A DNA stretch of 50,789 bases, from NCBI RefSeq assembly GCF_001194135.2, contig NC_068983.1, positions 137,604,921-137,655,709 on the forward strand, given 5' to 3'. How positions within the stretch are numbered: position 1 is the stretch's first letter; each line of letters starts with the position of its first letter. The DNA comes from Octopus bimaculoides. Lineage: Eukaryota. The notes below the pieces were generated by a model. It made no database searches, was not told where the DNA came from, and was given only the letters and a program-made list of their open reading frames with translations. This document shows, piece by piece, positions 1 to 10,495 of the stretch. The position numbers were made by a program, and so were the translations under genes.

Positions 1-1559
1 TATATATATATATATATATATATTTTCTTTCTTTTCTCCTTGGAGATAGCAGGCTGTAGAAAATCGCTTGGTGAGCCACGAGTCGGAGATCCCTGCTCTA
101 GAGAGAGAGAGAGGACTACAAATAGTTGCAAACTGTCTTTGCTGGTTGAGTTTTGAAATATAGTGAATTGACCTGTGTAGCTATCCTCTCCAGGCATTTA
201 TCTGTTTACTGTTTGGTCTATCCATTGTTTTTGAAGTCATTTTATATGAATATTGTATAAGTTTTCTGTTTTGCTTTTAGCCTTGTAATGTTCTTTTTGA
301 TGCTTTGTTGGCAAATAAATCATAACTGTATTTGACTTTGGGAGTAAATATTATTTGTATGTCCGGCCAACAACTCGATATGCTCCTACATTTTGTCGAA
401 AATAATGTTGAGTGTAGAATATGTAAATATCATTTCAGCTGTAAAAGGGGAGATAAGTAGATCTTTCATTGTAGGTTGCCTGAATTGATTTGAAAAGTAG
501 ACTGTTAGCAAGGACAGTATCCTGTCTTGTCATCTGCTTTGTTGAAAGTATTAGAAGTTTAGTTCATAGAAAATATTGCTTCACCCGATAATAAATTAAC
601 AAAACATGCTACAAACATTAACAAAGACTGGTAGTGGAGTGTAGGGAGAGCTTGAATAACAACAATAACAGCAGCAAGTAAGAATCAATATCATTATCAA
701 TAATACAAGGATGGCAATCACGAGTAATAGCAGCAGCATGAGTAAATGTTATGTAACTGGACACACTTCTCTGTTGACTAATTGCGTTGCTAATGGTAAA
801 GATGAAGTGTATGTACATATTCACTAATATAGCCATCTCCAAGTCAACGATGTCATTCCTAAAATGCTTTTGATCATAGGATCAGTTTGATTTGATTTAC
901 CTTGGTTAAACAGCAGCAACAACATTGACATAGCAGTACATACATTCAACAAAATTATTATAGATACTTCTGAAAAACAAGATAACATAAAAAAAAAACA
1001 ACCTCATTTACGCTATTGAAATTGTAACCTGAAGAAAAAAAAAACTTGAGATAAGCCTCCAAAACAATGAATATCACACTTAGAAAGTAAACTAAAAGTT
1101 AGGAAAGAAAATTAACCATTGAAAAAGAGGACACTAACAAACATTTTTATTCAACATTAACCATAACACTTTGTTTTTGTTTTTGATTTGCTAGATTTAT
1201 GTGAATTTGTGTGTTGAAACAAATTTTGCATCTTGGGAGAATCACTACTCCAATGACTCTCCTAAGACACAACAAAACTGTAAAACCTTATGTAGAATAA
1301 TGACCAGTATTAGCAACACCAAACCCATATCCACAGTAACTTCAATTTATTTACATTCCAACACCAAGCAAATGCTCTTAGCAGACATTTCTTGAAAATG
1401 AATCACTAAAAACTACACAGACAGAAATTTCTTAATACAAGACACATATATATCTTCCACTTAGATTACTCTTTCCTCCTGTGAAACACCAAAAATGCAA
1501 TAAATAAATAAAAAACCTTGAAAGCTCCAAAGCCTGACAAAACTACAGTCATCAGCTAC

Positions 1560-2250
1560 TTGTATCAGTACTGCCAAATTCTCAAAATCTGGAAACTGGA
1601 CAAAATAATAGCAGTTTTAAAACCCATGTAAAGTAACGTAGGACTGTCACTCTCTTATGTACACTTTCAATCTTGACACCTGTAACCCCTATACTCTGTT
1701 TTCCAAATCACACCATAGATTCAGATTACTGCCACACTATTCATTAACCTTAAAACAAAAATACATGATATTCTTCCCTGAATGCAAAGCTTTTGACTCC
1801 ACTCTTGTTGCCCAGTTATACTCAAAGTAGTCAAGAACTCTAGAAACAACACTCATTGCTAGCTTACTAAAAATCTCTTTGACAAGCCTATGTACTATAC
1901 AACAACATTTTTGCAATATCTTGAAAAGTGTATCACAAGGTCTCGCTTCTCAATATCAATGCAACCTTCCCACACTTCCTCAAAACATAACTTCATATGA
2001 AGATAATTTCTCAGTTGCATCTTCCCACCGATTCTCAAACTGTTGCACATCTTTTTCAACTCTACATCAACTACTGAGAAAACTGACTGCAAAACAAAGG
2101 TCTTAGAGTAGTGCCTACCAAATCCACCATTTTCCTTTTTACCAGCAACACTAGAAAACATCATTTACGACCAATCATCACACTCAAACAGATCAGTCAC
2201 CCAAAAGGCAAAAATATTAGGATTTAACATCTCATTCACAACACATGTAG
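1560..2250 (+). mobile_element. Degenerate LINE reverse transcriptase (Jockey/I-like)
   Basis: Broken motifs in RT order: KIWKLDKIIAVLKP (~1584), KAFDS (1786-1800), VSQG, ITSYEDN (YADD position); many stops and frameshifts. Confidence 0.6.
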
Positions 2251-3120
2251 AAGATAGTTAATAAGAATTTCAAAATGGAACACAAACTTATGGCACTCAC
2301 TGGCAAAATATTTGACCATCACAAAGGAACAATAATCTTAAGTCCTGTTGTTTCTGCCGACTATGCCACTTCAGTTTTGATGTACTCTGGTCAGTTGATG
2401 ACCACTTGGTTCAGTATAAATTTCTATTATGCAATATTATTTTGTCCCTACATACACAAATATCCAATGTGTTGGAGCAGCTAGTCTATTTAATTGAATA
2501 TAGTAAATATTTTCTGCAGACCAAAGGTAAGACTAAATGCAATGTTGAAACTAACTGATAGGATCTGAACTCTGTCATTAACCAACAAAATTAATGACTT
2601 CTATGTGCATAACCATCTGCTCCACTAGTACAGACCTGATAATAATACCATAAATTGTATTCAGATAATAATAATAATAATTGTTTCAAATTTTGGCACA
2701 AGGCCGGTAATTTTAGAGTGATGGGGATAGTTGCATGGTTTACTATTTTATGAATTAAGTTTACATATTTTCAAAATAACTGAGGATTGAAGTTAAACAA
2801 TGGTTTATATTATATATTTGAGAAGATTAACAAACCTTGTTGGTTAATTATTACTAGCGGAACCCGTGAATATTTCATGGAATTAACGGTAAACTTATTG
2901 GGTTATTTCTGAAAACTTTATCCACAAAACCTGAAAGTGTAACCTGTGTTGTGTCTGTGACAAGGCTGGATCCTTTGAAATACAGGTACTCCTCATTTTT
3001 GCCAGCTGAGTGGACTGGAGCAACATGAAATAAAATGTCTTGCTCAAGGACACAATGCATTGCTGGGAATTGAACTTACGACCTTACGATTGTGAGGCGA
3101 ATGCCTTAACCACTAAGCCA

Positions 3121-3332
3121 NNNNNNNNNNNNNNNNNNNNNNNNNNNNNNNNNNNNNNNNNNNNNNNNNNNNNNNNNNNNNNNNNNNNNNNNNNNNNNNN
3201 NNNNNNNNNNNNNNNNNNNNNNNNNNNNNNNNNNNNNNNNNNNNNNNNNNNNNNNNNNNNNNNNNNNNNNNNNNNNNNNNNNNNNNNNNNNNNNNNNNNN
3301 NNNNNNNNNNNNNNNNNNNNNNNNNNNNNNNN
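3121..3332. other. Assembly gap (others: 8867-8876, 17358-17578, 23888-24012, 31185-31194, 33647-34139, 47196-47699)
   Basis: Runs of N, most bordered by dinucleotide repeats. Confidence 1.
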
Positions 3333-3384
3333 ATATCTTTCCTTTAATGCTATTCTATTTATTTTTTTCCCATTCATGTTGCAG

Positions 3385-3566
3385 ATTGCAGCATTGAATC
3401 AACATAATTCAAAATATAGAGTTACTAGAAAAAGAAAACAACCCATATCTGTCACAGTGCCTACTTCAAGTGACTCACATCTGTTGCCTCCTGTTACTGA
3501 TGATCAAACAAAACCTATAGAAGATCATTTGATAAAGAAACATAAAAACAACGATTTCAATGATGG
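3385..3566 (+). CDS. BTB gene exon A1
   Basis: ttgcag|ATTGCA..GATGG|gtaaat; IAALNQHNSK..NDFNDG. Confidence 0.65.
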
Positions 3567-6500
3567 GTAAATTATTTTTGTCATGACTTTTCATTATTGT
3601 TTTTTTTTTTTTTTTTCAATTTGAATAATTATGTTCTTTTGTAATTTTATATTTCAATGTATTTCAGGCAGTCAGATGGTAGAAATAATGTTGAGATGGT
3701 TGAGAAGCCACAACAATTTCCTTCAATCCCAGCTTCTAATCCTAAAATGGAGAAAGTAGAAAATATAGCTCAAACAGTTCAATTCTCAGTATCTTCAGTT
3801 CAGAATCTAATTTCTCAACCTGAGCCTGTTGAAAAATCTCAACTCCCCTGCGAAAAATTTGTTCTTGGTGTCCATAAAATGTCCAATCAGGTTTCAGTAT
3901 GGAAGAATGGAAAATCATGTAATTCTGGTACTGGCAACAGTTCACATGCAGTGATGGTATGTCTTTTAGTTATTAACTTACTTTGTACTGTGACTATGTG
4001 GGTGTGTTTGCAGTTAAGTTTCTCTTGGTATATGGAAATTTAGGAGATGAAAGCTTTGAATGTGGGTGAGGTGGATTTGCTAGTTAAATATCCAGTACAT
4101 TGAATAACAGTATACATTTAGAATTTGAAATAAACTGTTGAGCTTCAGCTACTTTTCCCACAACACGATTTTGGGTTCAGTCCCACTGTGTTGCACTTTG
4201 GAAACTAAGAAATCTGTTGTATGTGGCAGGTATATCTGCTAGTGCACACACACACACACAAACACACAGAGTGCATCGACTATTTGAGAACCAGACTTTT
4301 AAAAACAATAAGTGGCCCAAACTTAAGCAAACTATCCTCTTTTCCCTATCCCAATATGGAAGCTAACACAGATGATGAAAAAGCATGCCATTCTCATCAC
4401 CTTAGCTATTAGCTACAGTGGTTTTGAGATTGCAACCTTCTTAAATGTTGCCAGGTCCATCATATTTAAGATCAGAAAAAGCTCTTGGTCTCTGGTGGCA
4501 ATGTGCCTTCTGTAGCTAAAAGAAAAAAAAACAAAAATAAACATTATTGACTGTCAGACATTGTTAAGAAAGTCAAAATGTCCAGCAAATCTGGGGAATA
4601 ATCAAATGAGAGCCATTGTCTGTCATCACCATGTTTCAGAATTGACAATTAGATATGTGTGCATGAAGACATCAGATACAAATCCTGTTATGAGAAGAGG
4701 GCTGGAGGATCGTGTGATCTGGTAGAAGTGCTTGCTGAACAAATTCAAGCATTCTGAGGAGCCTGACATGCTTTGGTTCTTCTTAGATGAGATCTTTGTC
4801 TAAGATCAAAAAGTGAACAAGAGAAGTGACAGATGGCACTGTGCCAGGTTCACTGAAATCCCACTAAATTTCCATAGTCTGATGTTCTTGGGCGTCATGA
4901 ACAATGGAGGCTGTGTCATAACTCCACATTTTTTTTCTTGTCATGGTCTTAGGGTTAGTGCAGCAACCTACATTGAGACAGTATAGATAGTTGTCAAGCC
5001 TGGAATCAAGAGAGTTGCTTGGGGGAGGCTATATGTGTTCCAGCAAGATTTTGTTCCATCTCGTACAGCTTGCATTAACAAGGAGTGGATGTTATCCCTA
5101 ACATTTGGCCTCTTACATTTGGAGTGTTGTTGAGAAAGAAACAAACTAGCATGCCCACAACACCAAAGGCTTGTTGATGTCTGCTGTCAGGGACTTTATG
5201 GCCAATATGAACACAGATCATCTGATCAATACATCTAGTTTCTAAAGTCATATTGAGGCTGATGGTGGTTTTAATGAATAACCTTTTGCTATGTGTACCA
5301 GCTTCTATGAAACTATATTGTTTTTATCCTAATAAATATTTTGTTTTTCTTATATTAAAATTTTGTTCTCAAATATCTAACACACTCTGTATGTGTGTCA
5401 TCTTCATCAACATTGTTTATGTTTGCTTTCCATGCTGGCATGGATTGGATGGTTTGACACGGAGCTGGCCAGCTGGGATGTGTTCAGGCTCTAATTGTCT
5501 GTTGTGGCATGATTTCTCTGGCTGGATGCCCGTCCTAATGCCAACCACTTAAGAATGCACTGGGTGCTTTTTATATGCCACTGGCATGGGTGTGTTTATG
5601 CAGCACCAGCATGGGTGCTTTTTTTGTGGCACTGACACTTGAAAGGACAAGCCTGTATTTGTAGAAGACTGCAATTTTACTTAGCTTGACATGTCTTTTC
5701 AAGTACAGCAAATTGCCACATCTCTTGGGCCCTCGTGTGTGTATATAATATTCTGAAATATTGAATCTTATAAATATATATAGGTTTTATATAATTTGAG
5801 AGAGGAAAATGTTCAAGGTACATTTAATTCTGCATATTTACATGATTATTATCTGGCTGATTTTACAATATTCTCCAATTATGATTGCAGGCAAGATCAT
5901 TGAACCAGAATAAAGCAAAAAAGAATATATCAATACACCAAAGAAAATCACCTTCTGTCTCTTCTAACCCAGTTATCATTCCAGATGAACCACACTGTCC
6001 AATTCCAGCTACCAAAATTCCAAAGAGACTGACTGCTGCCAGGACATTTGAAAAACATCAAGAAAAAGAACAATATTGTCAAGGAAATACCTCTGTTGGC
6101 AGGTGAATTGATAGATTTTTGATTGTTTGCCATTTTGATTTGAAGAATTGGTTGGTTTTAGTTCTGACATGAATTTCAAGCAATCATTTAGAGATGATCA
6201 AGCCAGATCATCAAGCTTAAATAATCTATTATACAGATCTGAGTTCCTTAACAAGACACCACCAATCTCTTCTGTCAAATGTATCAATCTAGATGATCTC
6301 CCTTCAACAGCACCAAGCAATATTCAGATACATGACAGGTAACGTTACAGATTTATTTTTGGCAGGCTTCTCTGGGTGTCCTCTTGCCTACAATGTATTG
6401 TTATTTCACTCCATATTAACTATTTAGCTTATGATTTATTTGCCATCGTGTAGTTGTAGTACTTGAGTCTTCAGTCATGGCATCACCTGTCATTGTATTG

Positions 6501-9500
6501 CACTTGTGTCTATAATTTTGTTTTTGTATGTTTTTTTCTGATTAGGTAATTAAGTTGAACTACTAAAGCTGCCTGAATTAGACTAGTTTAGAGCCATCAG
6601 TTCTGTGGCTTAGATTCTGACTATGTCAGCTTAGCATTTATAATTTCGTGTGATAAAGTATGTACCACCAGGTATAGAGTATTGGTTTAGTTATTTCATG
6701 TAGCATTTTAGTGGTTTGCAGCATCATCAGAACAATCTCATGAGTAACAAACATGTAATCTGTCTAGAAAAAGGACTTGTTTTGCTATTTTGTAGGGCAA
6801 TATGGCTGTTATTTTGAGCAAGTGGAATGACTGCACAGAAGTTCCATTGTTGGTTTCTGGGACATTTCAAAACATCTTCCTCACTTAGATAGTTATTGAA
6901 AAGGGACAATACTCTCTGCTAAATCTCTCTCAAATTACACCACAGTCCTAAACAAGGAAGGACACATTGGTTAATATGGCTTTAAGTACATGGTGTTTAG
7001 AAAAAAAAAGAATGGTTAGTCATGAGTAGAATATCTTTGATCATAGGCCTTCTCAATTAGGGTAAACTTAGAGTTAAACAACAACTCAATGTTACAGTTC
7101 TATAACCATTATGCCATATGCCCACGGGCATATGGCATAGTGGTTAAGAGCGCGGGCTACTAACCTCAAGATTCCGAGTTTAATTCCAAGCAGTGCCCTG
7201 AACGATAACAATAATAATAACATCGAAAAATACCTTAGGAATAAGAACCCAGATTCGAAATTTCCCCAAGACACCTGAAGAAGGCTGGAGGGTATATTAG
7301 CCAAAATGTTGTGTCAACAACAAACAAGATGAGGACAAATATCTGTTGAATGTAAATAATGTAACTCAATGTTATACAACAAATAACAATCTGAACATGG
7401 TCATAAAAATAATTTTTGTAGATTAGAGGTTAAACAACACGAATCTACTTTTGTATAGCCATTTTATTGAATTCTATGTATAAAAATATTTGATATATCA
7501 ATTTGTTTGAAACTAAGGGCTATCTTCAGAGCCATGTTAAAAGCACTGGTGCTGGTGCATCATAAAAAGCACTCTGTACACTCTGTGGAGCACTTGGCAT
7601 TAGGAAGGGCATCCAGCTGTAGAAACTGTGCCAGAACAGACAAGAGCCTGGTATGGCCACTGGCCTTATCAGCTCCAGTCAAAACATTCAACCCATGCCA
7701 TCATGGAAAACGGGCGTTAAATGATGATGTAAGTGAAATACAAAGAGTATCCTAATTTTTACTCCTTTATTGTCTACAAAGAAAAAGCTTCTCTAAATGT
7801 ATTTCTCTCATTTGAAGGTCTTTTTATGAAAAATCATTTATATAACTCTTATTTCAATAAATTTCAGGGAAATGAGTGGTGATAGCCACGTTTCTAAAAT
7901 GGCTGGAAATTGTCAGGAAATTACTTCTCAAATTGCTGCTGAGAAGCCTATTTGTGTGATTAAGGATGTTGGTACTGTATCACAGTCGGTTCACTTCTCA
8001 ATGCCTCCAGTTCTGACATCTATTAAGCAACCAAAGACCTTTGAAATGCCACAACCTCACGAAAAGAAAATATTTATTCTTGCTGATCATCAGAAAAATG
8101 TAATGTCCAGCCTGACATTGCTATGGAAGAGTGGAAAATTATGTGATGCTGGTATTGGAAATGGTACATCAACAGTGATGGTAAGTTTAATTGAAGACTT
8201 ATTGCACAATAATTTTTACCAAATAATGAGTTTATGTTACTGAGCTACTGACCACAAATTCAAACTATGTTGCAGCCTTTGTGTTGTGCTTTAAGGTAAG
8301 GAACATTATTTTGTTATTTTCTCTTAGTTGACTTTGAAATAAATGGGAATCTTATTTCAAAATTCTCTAATCTTAGCACTAAGATTACCATGAAGTTATA
8401 CACTCCTACAATTCGTTTTCAAACAGTCCATATATGTGCAGGCTTGGCTCTATGTTATGAAATTTTCTTCGCAAGCACATGGTTCTGGGTTCAGTCCCAC
8501 TGTGTGACACTTTGGGTAAATGTCTTCTGCTATAGCCTTGGGCCAATTAAAGCCTTGTGAGTGGATTTGGAAGATGGAAACTGAAAGAAGCACAATATCA
8601 TCATATATATCATCATCATCATCATCATCATCGTCCGCTTTCCATACTAGCATGGGTTGGACGATTTGACTGAGGACTGGTGAAACCAGATGGCTATACC
8701 AGGCTCCAATCTGATTTGGCAGAGTTTCTACAGCTGGATGCCCTTCCTAACGCCAACCACTCAGAGAGTGTAGTGGGTGCTTTTACGTGTCACCTGCACG
8801 AAGGCCAGTCAGGCGGTACTGGCAACGACCATATATATATATATATATGTACATATATATATATATNNNNNNNNNNTCGTAATACGGGTGACTAGGCTAT
8901 AGCCAACACTGCCAGATATTTTGAGCATCTCTGCAGTGATTCCTGATGGGCCGGGGGCTTTCCCGGTCTTCATACTCTTAATTGCTTTATCTACCCTGGT
9001 ACTATCAACTCGGATAGCTGGTCCCTCTATTGGGTCGACATAAGGCAGGCTCTCTTTCTCCCATTCATTCTCTTTATTAAGCAATCTATCGTAGTGGCAT
9101 CTCCAGACCTCATATATTAGATTCAGACTGACAGTTTATTTCAGGGGATTTCACTGCTAAACTTTTTTAACATATTTGTTTTCCTGTTGCTGTACTTTCT
9201 GGTATACAAGTGAATATAGTATATAGTGTAAGCAGGTAGTGTAAACATTCAAACGTTGTCAGTATCTTTCCAAATCTTGCTGCATTTCACATGGAAATTT
9301 TGGTTCTTCAGTTTTGTCTTGGTGTGTTAGTTGATGTGCCTTTTTTAGCTGCAAATTTTGCTTTGAAAGATTCAACTTATATGCTTGAAAATATAGTATA
9401 TGTAGTCCTTTTTAGAGTAAGCTCTTCTTTTTTTTCCAAATTAGTCAGGGAGAATGCTTTTCATTGTTGCAGTTTCTCATAAACTGAGATTATATTATAA

Positions 9501-10495
9501 TTTTCTTTTTACTGTTTCTCTTTCAGATGCATAAAGTTGTCCTAGCTGCTGTGTGTCCTAAACTGTTGTCAGTATTTGGTGCAGATATGCTTTCTCACAA
9601 GTTTCTCCAAATTAACTTACCACAGGAAGTTAGCAAAGAAGGTTTAACTGCTTTTGCAGAATATGCATACAATGGGATTCTTGATCTCGATCCAGATATT
9701 TTACAACAGTTAAAAATTATTGCAAAACAATTAGATATGAGTGAATTTGAGTATTTGTGTGACAGTCAACTTGCAACTGCATTACATCATCCACAATATC
9801 ACCAAATGCCAGTTAATGCATCTGTATCATCAAACATTACTATAACACCAATTCAGCCATCATCATCCAAACCTCTTTCAACTAACACTACAGATATTAT
9901 TGATATAAAAGATGACATTTGTGAAGTTGAATTAACACAACATAATGAAAATACAAACATTGCCATTGAAAGGGAATCTGAAGTTAGTTCATTAGATGTA
10001 GGTAAAAACAGAAACTCTTCTACTAGTTTAGTTGTTATTCCCAGTGTACAAACTAAATCCCTGGAACCTGTAAACAGTATATATAGTCAACAAAATCATA
10101 ATATATCACATGTATCCAAAAGAAATTTAAGCACCTTTCGGATATCCCGTACATCGCCATCAGATTCTTTAGCTGTGCCCAGTAAAGTATTTGCCGTACC
10201 ATTTTCAGACACCACAGATAATAGAGCAACATCAAATGTACAAAAATCTAATATGAAATCCAAGACATCTGAAAGCTCTCTGGCCAATGATTTATCTCCT
10301 GTATCTTGTATTGTACAAAAAATGTGTTCTCAGCCCAGTCTCATTGGAAGAAATTTTTATAAACCTTTCAGTCAATCTGTAATCAGTAGAAAAAGTGCCT
10401 GTTCTTTTGGTCCTTTTACATCCAGAAGAAATAATGTATCATTATCACCACAAGTTAATGATATATCTATAGATTTAACAGATGAACTTACTTGA
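3385..10495 (+). CDS. BTB/POZ-domain protein, spliced, 5' incomplete (at least 713 aa)
   Basis: Exons 3385-3566, 3668-3956, 5891-6102, 6162-6338, 7868-8180, 9527-10495 join in one frame with GT-AG ends (phases 2,0,2,2,0). The BTB is split across the last intron: ..LWKSGKLCDAGIGNGTSTVM|MHKVVLAAVCPKLL..VSKEGLTAFAEYAYNGILDL..IAKQLDMSEFEYLC. A Ser/Thr-rich tail follows, then TGA at 10493-10495 and AATAAA at 10509-10514. No start exon was found. Confidence 0.8.
3668..3956 (+). CDS. BTB gene exon B1 (ends in a degenerate BTB N-half)
   Basis: tttcag|G CAG TCA..GTG ATG|gtatgt; ends WKNGKSCNSGTGNSSHAVM. Confidence 0.7.
4267..5389 (+). mobile_element. Decayed Tc1/mariner element (maT/DD37D-like) with both TIRs
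   Basis: TIRs CAGAGTG..TATTTGAGAAC at 4267 and inverted ending 5389, followed by TA; transposase relics LWFFLDE (4771-4791), YVFQQD (5032-5049), DGGFNE* (ending 5281). Confidence 0.78.
5891..6102 (+). CDS. BTB gene exon A2
   Basis: ttgcag|GCA AGA TCA..GGC AG|gtgaat; ARSLNQNKAK.. Confidence 0.7.
6162..6338 (+). CDS. BTB gene exon after a 59-nt intron
   Basis: ttttag|T TCT GAC..GAC AG|gtaacg; phase 2 on both sides. Confidence 0.65.
7095..7362 (+). mobile_element. Non-autonomous retroelement: 5' fold-back + tRNA-like head + hammerhead motif, 12-bp TSD
   Basis: TSD AACTCAATGTTA at 7083-7094 and 7363-7374; inverted arms 7103-7123/7126-7146; A box TGGCATAGTGG 7133-7143; decayed B box 7176-7187; hammerhead fold 7270-7315. 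Confidence 0.75.
7270..7315 (+). ncRNA. Minimal type I hammerhead ribozyme motif (decayed core)
   Basis: Stem I GACAC/GTGTC; core CTGAAGA plus an extra A; stem II GGCTGG/TTAGCC; AAAATGTT where GAAACGTT is expected. Confidence 0.65.
7868..8180 (+). CDS. BTB gene exon B2 (BTB N-terminal half)
   Basis: tttcag|G GAA ATG..GTG ATG|gtaagt; HQKNVMSSLTLLWKSGKLCDAGIGNG. Confidence 0.8.
8440..8600 (+). mobile_element. tRNA-headed SINE with CORE-like central motif (also ~4140-4200, ~20600-20765 minus, ~21258-21410)
   Basis: GGGTTCAGTCCCAC B-box-like motif; TTGGG.AA.TGTCTT..GCCTTGTGAGTGGATTTGG recurring. Confidence 0.6.
8620..8830 (-). mobile_element. SINE-like family B [(GAT)n tail, terminal palindrome]; other copies ~5425-5730, ~7515-7730, ~17770-17975, ~21795-21995, ~26400-26670, ~33540-33625
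   Basis: Shared CCATG..AGCATGGGTTGGAC..CTGGATGCCCTTCCTAA.GCCAACCAC; abuts (CAT)n. Confidence 0.75.
8877..9084 (-). mobile_element. LINE ORF2 fragment (RTE-like), abutting a gap
   Basis: VDKAIKSMKTGKAPGPSGITAEMLK, the conserved pre-RT segment. Confidence 0.8.
9527..10495 (+). CDS. BTB gene terminal exon (BTB C-terminal half plus S/T-rich tail)
   Basis: Polypyrimidine tract + cag acceptor; 322-aa ORF starting MHKVVLAAVCPKL. Confidence 0.88.
   Translation: MHKVVLAAVCPKLLSVFGADMLSHKFLQINLPQEVSKEGLTAFAEYAYNGILDLDPDILQQLKIIAKQLDMSEFEYLCDSQLATALHHPQYHQMPVNASVSSNITITPIQPSSSKPLSTNTTDIIDIKDDICEVELTQHNENTNIAIERESEVSSLDVGKNRNSSTSLVVIPSVQTKSLEPVNSIYSQQNHNISHVSKRNLSTFRISRTSPSDSLAVPSKVFAVPFSDTTDNRATSNVQKSNMKSKTSESSLANDLSPVSCIVQKMCSQPSLIGRNFYKPFSQSVISRKSACSFGPFTSRRNNVSLSPQVNDISIDLTDELT

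Noticed and set aside
2852-2900. Helitron-like terminus (ACTAGCGGAACCCG)
   Set aside because: Too short, and no matching hairpin or opposite end was found.
6103-6161. Regulated intron retention with an in-frame stop at the donor
   Set aside because: Phase-2 GTGA/GTAA donors create in-frame stops by default; nothing else supports it.
7126-7198. Functional tRNA gene
   Set aside because: The B box/T-arm is decayed, there is no poly-T terminator, and it continues into a repeat bounded by a TSD; it is a tRNA-derived head.
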